64,000 nt of DNA from Octopus vulgaris (Eukaryota), in contig OX597823.1 in the NCBI GenBank assembly GCA_951406725.2, forward strand, positions 62,062,001 to 62,126,000, written 5' to 3'. The position numbers and the translations under genes were made by a program. Position 1 is the stretch's first letter; each line of letters opens with the position of its first letter. Shown in pieces: positions 1 to 11,693 of this stretch. The notes under the pieces are model-generated. The model was not told the DNA's origin. It made no database searches and was given only the letters and a program-made list of their open reading frames with translations.

Positions 1-2275
1 GCCATTATTAAGCTGATGTTTGGAACATCAAGTAAAAGTTTTAACTTAGATCTCTTTAAAATTAGAGGTTTGTATCATAGGACAAGGGGTGGTTTCAGGC
101 TGGTTGGTATTGAACAAGTTAAACTGATTGAAGAAATTGGCAGCTTGACATTTGCTGAAGAAGCATATTTGTGATCAACACTATTTCATACTGAACCTAA
201 TTACAATTACAGGATCACTGGAAGATTGTGTATGCATCTCAAAGTTATCAGCATATTATAATCAGCTGAGTTCTAAGATTTAAAACACATTAAAGCTGAT
301 TGTATCAAAAACCTTCAGAATTTATACTAGATCAAAACCATAAAATGGTTTACTCCATTTTCTAAAATTGTTAAAAACATACACTGTTAAGATGACCTGT
401 GTTATATGATAACATGTTGAATAAATAACAATTCAAACTTGCAACAAAAATTATCTGTTGTTGTGAGCATTTGTTATATGATAGGAGAGTAATAACTCTT
501 TGCATTCAGATTTCCCTGTTCAAATGTGATTCTTATTTATTCTTATTGTTTTGAATTAATCATAGCTTGTAACTTTGAGACTTCTAAGAGTCATTGTTTA
601 TTTCTTGGAATATTGCAGAGTAAGTGTGAGAGACCAGATCTGGCTAGTTTGAACATAAAGCATGTAGAATATTTGGGTCGGATACAGCTTGTTTAAATGC
701 TACAGGGATGAAGATATAATTTTTAGCTTCTTTGTCTGAAGCATTTATATTTGGAGTGAATGCTTTCTTTTTTTAAAGCATTCACTCTTTTATTGTTTAT
801 TTTAAAACTACCCTTAAATCCTTATTTCAAAGCAACCCTAAAAACATTTATTCAATTAGATTATAAAATTTCCAAGGGTTTCTAGTCATAGTTGTGCAGT
901 TAGAAGGTTCACTTCACAGATATGCAGTCATGTGTTTGATCACAATTTACGGCACACTGGGCCTGTGTATTCTTTTATAACCTCTACTGTACCAATACCT
1001 TGGGAGTGAAATTTGGCAGACAATGACTGTGTGGCAGCTCATTGTGTGTAGGTATGTGTATTCATGTCTGTCACTTTGTGTATCTTTAACTAATGTATAA
1101 GGCAACAAGCCAGTAGTATTGTTAGAATGCCAGGCAAAATGCTTAGCAATATTTCATCCATCTTTATGTTCGGAGTTCAAATTCTGCCTAGGTTGACTTT
1201 GCCTTTCATTATTTCAGGGTCAATAAAATAAGTACCAATTGAGCACTGGGATTGGTGTAATTGGCTTAACTACTCTTGGGTATGAGTTTAAAAAACTGCA
1301 TCCTTCTATCAATCCATATCTAGCCAGTGTGACAGAGTAAGCTTATAAAAGCTCAAATTCACAGCCTCCACATCAGACTGTGGTTCATGGAGTGTACATG
1401 CTGAGGCCTTTGTCTTGCAGTGGACTGAACATGGGCAATCCAATTCAGTTCAACCAATGTGTATCAGCAAAAAGTACAAATATTGGTGTGAAAACCGAAA
1501 AACTGACACCCTTTGAATGCAATCCTTTGTAATATTTGTTCTGCACTAATTTGCAGACACTCCCTTGTCACACCTGTCATCAGATAAGCAGTGAGCCAGT
1601 GATTAGCCTGTTAAAACATCTAAGAAACTTCACTATTAATATTGCAATGTTTGAAATAATTTTGGAAGTTCACCATAGATTTGTTGAGTGGGTGTAGTGT
1701 AATTTAAATGAATCTCATTCATCACCAGCAGAAATCACAAGACTACAGAGGATTGATAGGAAAAGTTAATTTCATGAGGATATAAGCTCTGGATTTACTG
1801 GGATAAAAGTAAGTATTACCAGAAATTTTAGAATGACTACAGATAAAAATCAAACGTCAGCAAATATCAAAATCTTCCAAATTCCATTAGTGAATAGAGG
1901 TCATACATAGAAGTTATTTAGGATGAGAATTATGACAAACTTATAAAGCTGCACAGATTACATAATAACTGAGGCTGACTACTAAGTTGGATTGTTAAAT
2001 TTAAAACAAACAAACAAACAAACCATCTCAGTAAGCTACCAGCTGAAGAATAGTTTTGATAAATTCTGCAATAATTTGAAATTTGAGACTACAATTTCAT
2101 AGGCTATTTTAAGCCAAGCATAAAAGAAACAGCAAAGCTCTTTGTTTCTAAATAATACACTTTTTATTCTTGAATTCCAAAAATTGTTTAAATCTTTCTT
2201 AATAATGCATGTATACATACACACTGATACTTGCACATGTGCATTTATATATGTAAAGACTGGTTTATAACACTT

Positions 2276-2323
<48 letters not shown>

Positions 2324-3066
2324 GAACTAGATTTGTCATTTACTCTAAAAATCGGAAAGTAGGGCACCTCTTTTCTAATAAGTTATACAAACAACAGCAG
2401 TAGACAAGACACCTGACACTGCAATAGATTGGATATCACAGCCAAACCCAGCGAAGGTTGTTCTGACAAGGGACCTCACACTGAGATAACCAATTTAGTA
2501 TAAGAATGTATTTGCTTCTACAATGGTTAACAATGTCAGAATATCTCTCACAATACCGAAACCGCTATGAATTTCAACCAATAGCTTAAACTGCATTTTA
2601 GACATAATAAAAGCAATTTTTTTTTTGTGGGTAGGGTAGTGGGAATCACAGGCATGGCTGTGTGGTTGAGAAGTACACTTTTCAACCACATGGCTTCAAG
2701 TTCAGTCCTACTCTGCAGCATTGTAGACAAATGTCTTCTATAACTCTTTGGTGGTTTGACCAAAGCTTTGTGAATGTGGATTTGCTCGACAGAAACTGAA
2801 AGATGCCTTTCTCATATGTACACATGTATACACACGCACACACATACACGTTTGTTTACATTTGCAGCTCTTCAAAAATCACTGGACTAGTGACATAATT
2901 GTGATTTTCCCTGTTGACAAATCATCTGCTGGCTTTGTGCCGTCAAGGATGAAGAGATCTAATTTAAGAATAATGAATAAAAGATTCCTTACTTGAAAAA
3001 CTAGTAAGGATTTGTGACAGGAATAGCATCCAACTATAAAAAAATTGCTTCAGTAATATATTCATC

Positions 3067-3330
3067 TGTGGAGGCATGTGGCTTAGTGGTTAGGGTGTCA
3101 GTACCATGATCATAAGATTGTGGTTTCAATTCCTGGACTGGGCGATGCATTGTGTTCTTAAGAAAAACACTTCATTTCACATTGCTCCAGTCCACTCAGC
3201 TGGCAAAAATGAGCAACGCTGCGATGGACTGGCATCCTGTCCAGCTGGGGAGCACATATGCCATAGAAATCAGAAAACTGGGCCCATGAGCCTGGCTAGG
3301 CTTTAAAAGGGCGCATTTATTTTATTTATT
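3067..3330 (+). mobile_element. tRNA-derived SINE with 13-bp target-site duplication
   Basis: A-box-like TGGCTTAGTGG, B-box-like GGTTTCAATTCC, internal GATGGACTGGCATCCTGTCCAG and (TTTA)n tail; TAATATATTCATC flanks both sides (3054-3066, 3331-3343). Confidence 0.85.
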
Positions 3331-3973
3331 TAATATATTCATCAATCTGATGCTAACATGGTAAAACTGACGTAAAACAAATGCAAAATACCTTGTCTTT
3401 ATATACAATATCATTTTTGAGGAGAAAAAGGAGCAGCCAGTTTTAGGCATACTATGTTTGAATAAAAGATATGATTACAGCTGAAATGCTCTTGCTTGTA
3501 GGTATTCTGAATCAGTGCTTAACTGATAATAAACAACACTAAAGGGTTTCTTTGTCCCCATGAAATGTACATTGTATGAAATATTTGTGTGATATTGCAG
3601 AATATCTACGCTAGAGGGATATTAGAAATAAAATCTTGAAAACTGGTGATGGTGTGCATCAGTCACAATTAGTTCATAGAAAGTTCATGCAAGATTCCAG
3701 TAAGTTCAGATGTTCTGAAGAATGAAGAATTTGTAGAACCCATGCCAAAGCAGGCATTAGAGCTTGGTGCAGACTTCAGGTTCATCAGTTCATGTCAAAT
3801 TGACTAATCTATGCCAGCATGGAAAATGTTGGACTCATGATTGTTCATCATCAAAGGGTGTTGGACTCATGATTGTAAGAGTGTGGTTTCAGTTGCTAGA
3901 CTGGGTGATATGTTGTGTCCTTGAGCAAAATACTTCATTTCATGTTGCTCCAGTCCACTCCAGTCCACTCAGC

Positions 3974-4368
3974 AGTCTCCTTTAGAGAGACTTAGAAATA
4001 ATAATATTTCTATTTTTGAAAACCAGTGGATGTATTCCATTGAAATTAGGTAAATAATCCTTCAAAGAGATGGTCAGCAGCGACACCTGCTGGGTTCAGC
4101 TACTCTGCATTGATAAAGGGCAAATACCCTGAAACATGTCTGCAGATGCCTGACCAGCAGGGGAAGCGGCTGACCTCCCCTGTTTGAAGGTTATAATGGA
4201 CACAGGTTCGTGTGTCATATAGCTTGCTAGAGGCAATGGCCTCTTGGAGCTAATCAATGGCAGCTTTCATCCTATATTTATGGACTACCATATTAGTTTG
4301 GCAATAACTATTAATATCCAGTACTGCTGCCGTAGTCTCCTTTAGAGAGAGTTAGAAATAATAATATT

Positions 4369-4375
<7 letters not shown>
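3974..4375 (+). mobile_element. Putative retrozyme / PLE-associated element: 360-nt unit plus ~42-nt terminal direct repeat
   Basis: AGTCTCCTTTAGAGAGA(C/G)TTAGAAATAATAATATTTCTATTT at 3974-4015 and 4334-4375 (period 360); internal hammerhead; extensive self-complementarity; no ORF. Confidence 0.7.
4104..4146 (+). ncRNA. Type I minimal hammerhead ribozyme, U3-A8 core variant
   Basis: Stem I TCTGCA(4104-4109)/TGCAGA(4141-4146); core TTGATAA(4110-4116); stem II AGGG-caaata-CCCT; GAAA(4131-4134); palindromic stem III ACATGT; predicted cleavage after GUC at C4140. Confidence 0.82.
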
Positions 4376-4411
<36 letters not shown>

Positions 4412-4413
<2 letters not shown>

Positions 4414-4690
4414 GTAAATGTAATATGTGACAATTATTCGGTAGCCATAATAAAACTCCGAGTTTCGGATGCCAAGGTGGAGATCCACTCTGCCATCTCT
4501 TCATTTATCCGGCCATCAGAAAAATACTATAAAAAATTACTGTTATACAAAGGGAAATTCTCGGCATCCGAAACTCAGAGTTTTATCATGGCTACCGAAT
4601 AATTGTCACATATTACATTTACAGATAAATTCCTCTATTTATATAATATCGAGGTCTCTTTCATTCTTTTGTTGTCTTACTATTTTTATC
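4412..4690. mobile_element. Penelope-like pLTR fragment with inverted duplication and a degenerate hammerhead
   Basis: About 4412-4472 is the reverse complement of about 4563-4624. The minus strand near 4443-4515 reads GCC-GG-ATAA ATGAAGA [long stem II] GAAA CTCGGAG TT TTATTATGGC. Confidence 0.55.
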
Positions 4691-4691
4691 A

Positions 4692-4733
<42 letters not shown>

Positions 4734-4946
4734 TTGTCTCAAGTTGTAGTTGTGGAGTACTCAGCCATTTGTGAGTTAATTTTATTCTCGTGTGATAATG
4801 AAAAGTGAAACTGACAGCCAATATTTGCTGTGTCTATGTATCTATGTATGAATTGTCTCTCTCTCTTTCTCTTCCTTTGTGTCCCACTTCTCTGCTGCTT
4901 TTGATTGTATATGTATCTATGTATCTACTTCTCTTGCGATGTGATA

Positions 4947-5160
4947 AACATTTAAAAACACAAAACAAATGCCGTCACCATTCACTGTCTCTTTCACTTT
5001 TTCTCACTCTCTTTCTTTCTCTCTTACAACCTCTCTGAAACATTTAAAAACACAGAACAAATGCCACTGTCTCTTTCATTCTTTCTCTCATTCTCTTTCT
5101 CTTTTACTTCCCCTCTGAAACACTTAAAAGAACAAAACGAATCCCATCACCACTGATATC
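4947..5160. repeat. Three diverged tandem units of ~80-90 bp (AAACATTTAAAAACACA...CAAATGCC...CACTGTCTC plus CT-rich spacer)
   Basis: Units start near 4947, 5038 and 5118. Confidence 0.7.
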
Positions 5161-8100
5161 TCCTTCACTCTCTCTTTCTCTCTCACTCTCTCTTTCTCTC
5201 TCTCACTCCCCCTCTCTTTCTCTCATATTTCCTCTCTCTCCTCCTCTCTCTCACTTTGCCACTTCAAAGAAGTGTGACGCTCACAACAGGTACGTACAAA
5301 AACAAAAATTTAGCATATTAATATTATTGATTGTAGTGGCGTGCATAATGTTTGCCCACAATGACTGAAGTTAATGTGATGTCTGTGAAGTTAATGTGTT
5401 AAAATACCAGCCACGTGGTCATAAATCCAAACCTTTTTCTTCTATTGTTCTAAGCCCTACACATATATTGTGTTTCGTGAGTAATGAACTTTGTCTGTAT
5501 GGCATTTGGTTTTGCCTGTTGCACTCATATTGCTTTACAACACTTCCCATTGTTACACTTCATGACTGAAGTATCCACTATTGAAAAAGCAATTTTAGTA
5601 GTGTAAAAGAAAAAAATTATATATCAAATAGTAAAAAAAAAAAAAAATTCTATCTTTCAGAAAATTAATAGGAATTTTAGAAATATTTTAACACTTTTCG
5701 TGTCCTTTTTTCCAGTGAAATACATTGCCTTTGTATTTCAATTGACTTAGAAAATAATTGAAGAATTTTGAGAGAGTTAGTAAAGTAACTAATATTTTTT
5801 CTTAAGTTAGTGTTTGAGACCTTAGCAAAAAAGGTCTTATATAAAATCATGATGCAACGTTTGAATTGAAATATGAACTCGTGGGTTTTTTTTTTTTCAG
5901 TATGAGTTGTTGGAATCAGAAATAGTTAATGTTAGCACATAACTCTCAGTTGTTATATTGTATCTTTGGACTCCTGACTTTTAACAGATATTTTTCTTGC
6001 TAGCAAAAGTTATTTCTTTGGAAGGGCTTTTATTTCTTTGGAAGGACTTTTATTTCACCATATACTTTCCTTTTACACCTCTGTATGCAAAAATAAATAA
6101 GAGAGAACTGTAAATCAGAAATATTTCAGCCTTAAAATGTTCTACTGGTGCATCTAACAGAATCTATGTTAGTGCAGAAAACAAGGTTGAGATTCAGTGA
6201 ATTGAACGTTACATTCTGAAATCTACTTTCTTTTCTGAATTCTTTTGCTTAATCCTTCACACTTTTTACTTACTCTCCTCTTCTTCTTTGGTCATGATTC
6301 ATATTAAAAATCTTTTATTCATTTTTCTATCTTTCATATCCACTGCCAAGTAAGAATTTTACTAATTTTTTTTCTAATTTTTTTTATTTTTTAATATAGT
6401 AGTAAATATATAAAATGTATATCTTTTGATCTGAGACAAATTTTCCAGCTTCAATGGTAAGGACAAGATAAGTTTTTATGCTGCCTTAGCAATTGGCCAA
6501 TTATTCACTATGTAATTCTTGCTGTGTTAGCAAGCAAAATCACTTGTATATAGCTTTAATACAACTCTGTGCCCATATATACAACAAATCTATCACACAG
6601 ATTTTCTCAGCAGAATTAAGTCAACAAGATTCGACTTGTTTTCTCAAATATTATGGTAATTAGATTCTTAATTGCTGTGCTGTATTGATACCTTTGCCCT
6701 TGTTTTATTCAAGTAGGAAGTGATGTAGATAATTAGATAAAACATCATATACTTACACACTTGACTGATAATCAATGATAACAACTTGTGTTCAGATAAA
6801 TTGAAAATCGGAAGTGTTTCCAAGGAGTTTATAAAATTCCTCAAAATATATTGATTTACATTTCATAGTTTTTCTATTGTGATTTTTAGTGGTTTTGCTT
6901 GTTAGATATTTTGTTGTTTTTTTTTTAACTTCTTTACTCCTATTGTTTATGTTAATGGGATTTCTCTGGGTCACAAGCTAATATAAATCATAATACTATG
7001 TGCTAAAATGAGTGTTTCAGTGTTGCTTAATCTGGTAGAAATAACAACCTAATTTCCCTCTAATTTCACTTTATTGACATATAGAAAGAAGGACAATTGG
7101 TGTATTCTTGGATACACTGTGTTGGGGAAAAAATAGACTCGATGGTCACAGCTGGAATGGCTTTGTTTGTACTGTCTGTTTAATCAAGGTTGATTTGGTG
7201 CTACACAACAATAACAATAATATTGTACTCAAAATCAGGCTATTTTTATGTGATATACTTATGAAATATTGAAAAAAAATATTTAGTTTAATGTTGCTGC
7301 TGAAATATCATCAAAGGGAAAATATTTTATCTGGTCTGGATTTGACCAAATCAGTTAAGTGTTGGGCAAAATGCCCGCATTTGTAATCATTTATGCTCCA
7401 AGTTCAAAACCCAGCTAGTTTAACATAGTCTTTCATCCTTTTGAGGTTGATAAAGTAGAGTATTAGTGAAGTACTGGGTGTAAATTATTCTTGTCATGCA
7501 CTCAGAATGTTAAGAAAATTGTATCAGAAAAACCTTATGATATCAAAATGGCCAGTATGGAGAAAAATCTTATTGGCAAGTCTCAAAGCATGGTGTAAGA
7601 ACTGCAAGATATTATAATTGTTTACATGTAATATTATCGTTCAAACTTATACAAATTTTAGATCTCATCTAAGCTTTCAAATTTTGTCACTTTCTCTCTA
7701 TATGCAAGTGTAATACTCAAAGCAGCAAGAATTACTAACAATAATTGTTGTTGTAAGGTTAAATCTACATGTTTTAAATAATATAGTGGCCAGAAGTAGG
7801 TACCAGATCTTCTAACATCATACACCAGCTTCATATATTCTAGGAGATGACAACAGGAAACCATTACACAAATGGCTCTCAATCTTTTTGACTCTGTAAC
7901 ATACCTGGGATAAAATAAAATATTACTGGTACAATTTGTATTGAAAGTTTAATCCTTTGTTTGTCCAAAGCATTTTCATAAGTTTGTCTTAATGTCCATG
8001 CTTGATTTTAAACTTTTATTTAGTCCTTGTTTCATATGTTCTGAGTAATATGAAGCTTACTTTTCATAAGTACCATCTTACTCTGGTGGTTGAAAAAATT

Positions 8101-8329
8101 GGGTATGTCTATATGTGATGTATGGATGCCAGGAAAATTTGTCCTGTATATCATTATGATACACAAGACAGGCAAAGGGTTTAAAAAAACAACTCATTCT
8201 CAAGTTTATAAATGTGTACTATTGTTTACCTTTTTTATTTAGTCTTGTACATAGCAAAAGTAGAAATTGCACCTTTTTCAAGATGGTCAAGTATTAGTAT
8301 GAATTTTCTAAAGACTTAAATCATTTTTT

Positions 8330-8920
8330 AAAAATATCCCTGATGTACCTAGATACTTCCCGTGATACAGTTTAAAACCGCTACGGTTTTCCTTAACATA
8401 GTCATAAACCCATAATGTATTCAAAACAGCTTTTCCAGTACTAGGTGGTCTTCTTTACAGCCTAAAAAGTGCATCAGTTCTGAACAGTTGTTGGTCATCT
8501 GTAAGGTTCAAGCGCAACTCACACTAGAGAACTGACTCTGTACTTGAATCAGTGTAGCTAACAAACACACTCTAAAATAATAGGATATTCAAATATTGGC
8601 AAGTTTTCATCTGTCTCTGTCTCTAATACTACTGCAGTGATTACTCTTCTGATCTAGCAATTAGTATACAATCTCCACCTCGACTCATCTGATGGAAATA
8701 CATTTCCTACTCTCAAAGCTCCATCTTTCTCACTACCCCAGACTCCATACAAAATATTATACTCCATCTGTTTTATCAGTATTTCAAACCCACCTCCACC
8801 ACCTCCATCGCCTGGAATTCCCTTTCTAGCAATATTTCCCATACCGGAGTTTGTCTTGCACATCAGCTTAATCAATCTCACCAATCTTAGAGAGTTTATA
8901 TAACCCATGGGCACTGTGTC
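8330..8920 (-). mobile_element. Highly degenerate non-LTR reverse transcriptase fossil
   Basis: Minus-strand peptides in RT motif order: RKGIPG (cf. RGVPQG), GDCILIARSEE (cf. ADDIVLIAESEE, ~8646-8676), KYLG (~8347-8358); stops and frameshifts. Confidence 0.45.
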
Positions 8921-11423
8921 TCTCCTTCAATCTTTTTTTTTTTTCCATGTAGAAAACTGCAAGCTGTGATCAGCTTTATGGCATTCATACATTTACTGCA
9001 GGTGATGTTTATTTTATATCAGTTCAGTTCTTATCAAGCAAACCCATGATCAAGAGCATTCCAACTTTGACCATCTTGTCTCTTTATTCAGACACTCTGT
9101 ACCATGGACTTCATTATTCAATGTGCATCTTCACCTTTTTCTTTTCTTTAATATATGATTCGGGGGAGATTTGGCTGCTGTGTCTATCAGGTTGAATGGC
9201 GGTCTAGATGTTCTTGTATCGATAGTTTTATTGTTATTGTACTATAGAACTGGAGATGGAACTACAATACATCAATCATGACATATATGGTGAAAAGCAA
9301 GAACAGAAGAAAACAGAAACAACAAACCAGTCTGTGTTAGTCTGAAAAGATAAATAGCAAAGTAACCACATATGCCAGCCATTATCATCTAAACATCTTA
9401 TATATTCTAGATGCATGTCATATAAACATTTCCTAAATAAATGTGACATTGTTGCATGTTTAAACATATCCTTCCACACTCATGCACACATATAACAGAT
9501 GTTCTCATACACATATTTCAAGATATATGTATTTGTACATATCAGTATGTGTGTGTATATATATGTATGTGTACACACATACACACTCACTTAAACAAAA
9601 TCACAGTAATTTCATATTCTTTACACTTTAAAACTTGATTGGTCTCACACAATTACACACACTCTCAATCATATTCATCTCTCTCTCAAACTTACCACCT
9701 CTAGAATGATCCTATTGTAAAAAAAAAAAAGAAAACATTAATAAATTATAATAGAAATTCACATATTAGCTTTTCTTAACTTGAATGTCCTCAGATATAT
9801 TTTTTCAAAAGGTTGTTTACTTTTATCTATTTGTCATGTGTTAAGAAGGGAACATTTTCTAAAATAGGTAAAATGTGTGTTGAATTAGGTTCATTTCGTT
9901 ACGTATTTTGTAATTGCAGTATAAATTATATTTTCTCATCTTCCCGAAATTATTTTGAAAAAAAATCAAATACTGTTATTTTTTTTTTTTATAGTATTTG
10001 TGAATGAAAATAAATTGGTTCTATGCCAAAAGGATTTACGACTTTATATATAAATGAGGTTAAAGAACTTAAGCAATAAACAATATTGGAATATTTGGCA
10101 AGTTCACTATGTTATTCATATAAAACATCAGCTGTTCTTTAAAAGATGTAAAACTTATCCATTCAAGTGGAAGATTCTGTCCGTTTGTTGATAGGCCTTT
10201 TATAAACAGCAGCCAAATAACCTTCAAATTACATTCTACTGTCTTCTATCAAAATAAAAAAGAGGAAGGATGCACTGGATAATATAGTTAGAGTACATTT
10301 TACTATGAAATAAAATTTTTTAAAAAAACTGGTCAGTCACCGCTGGAATCCCTTTGATCATATCTCTGCTCAATTAAGTGCTAACTTGGAGCTAAACAAT
10401 AACCTTACCAGATGCAGCTTTCATCTTTCAATTCAGCATTTCCTCACTTAAAAATCTACTACCATTGCAAATAGCTTTGTAATATATCATTCATTCATTT
10501 AATGTTAATTTTTATCATGCTGGCTTGAATTGGAATTGATTTTAAGGTGGGATTTAGTGGCTGGGTGTTCTACCTGTCACCAACTTCACTTGCTTTTCAA
10601 GTAAGGAACTTTTTATGATCTACCTACAGGTTTTCACACATATGGGGACAAGAGAAACACCAACATTCATTCATTCACAAACACACACACACACGTGTGT
10701 GGGATAGTGACAGAGAGCAAGAGAGAAATAGAAAGAGAAAGAAAAATAGTTTTAATAGAATTTCTTTCTATTAAATTCACACAGAAGATTTTGATTGACC
10801 TGGGATGTTAACAAAAGACACTTGCCAAAGGTGTCTTGTTTACTCTGCTACCCTGCCTTTTTTTTTTTTTGTTGTCAAGAACTTCTAAATATGCTTTGAA
10901 AAATTGTCATTCTAAGGACAGACAGACAAAACCTGAACATTGTGTTGTCATCAGTGATTTTTAATAATTTGAAGATAGGTCCATTGTTAGTCCATTGTTA
11001 GTAGCCTTCTTAGAATCATTTACACTGATTAAGTAAGAACAAAGGAATTAATATAACATTTGATGTTATTGTGTAACCCCAAGGTAAGTTCAGTTAAGTG
11101 GACTTATGAACTAAGTATTTCAATTGTGGTCCATCAATCTTTTATTTACATAAGATGTACAATATGTCCATCCTTTTTAAAGACATTAAGGGTGGGATTT
11201 TATGATAATCTGGATGTAAAATTAGTGCAAAATGTTACCAATCAAATAATATTTTACTCTGTTTCATGATCAAACTATATGACATGGTACTGTTTGGGCC
11301 TGCATCAATTGCAGGAAGTTACTGTTTTATAGTAGCTCCAGTACTCTGTAGCTATTGGATTTGTTGAGTATATAAACAGATTAGCTACATATTTCTCTGA
11401 GATTTGTTAAAATCATGTAGATA

Positions 11424-11693
11424 ACCTCTGATGAGAACCCAATAAGGTTTGAAAATTGATTAACCCTTCTGTTACTGTATTTATTTTGAGATGCTCTGTG
11501 TTTCTTCCAATTATTTTAAATATAACAAAGAATTTAGTAAAATAACTTAGTTATCATTAAGCTAGTGTTAGGAACATAAATTGTGACTAAGGTTTGGTAG
11601 AAGATTTTAATTCAAAACTTATGAAAAACAAGATATTTATACCAAAGAGCCAGAGCCAGTTTCAGCTGGGCTGGTAACAAAAGGGTTAAAGGT
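11424..11693 (+). ncRNA. Type I hammerhead motif interrupted by a MITE
   Basis: ACCT, CTGATGA(11428-11434), GAACC-caataa-GGTTT, GAAA(11451-11454), ATTGA-TTAA, then the MITE, then AGGT (11690-11693), which is complementary to ACCT. Confidence 0.65.
11464..11685. mobile_element. piggyBac-like MITE, family A
   Basis: TTAA on both sides (11460-11463, 11686-11689); TIRs CCCTTCTGTTAC / GTAACAAAAGGG. Related copies at ~1-122, ~20742-20960, ~45316-45540 and 47020-47253. Confidence 0.85.

Noticed and set aside
1290-1620. Short hairpins in GC-richer patches (also ~21220-21420)
   Set aside because: No ribozyme core, terminal repeat or long continuous stem; could be chance.
1620-2000. Possible LINE endonuclease fossil (IFQIP...HT*K, DYIITE)
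   Set aside because: Motifs are too short and degenerate to support without a profile search.
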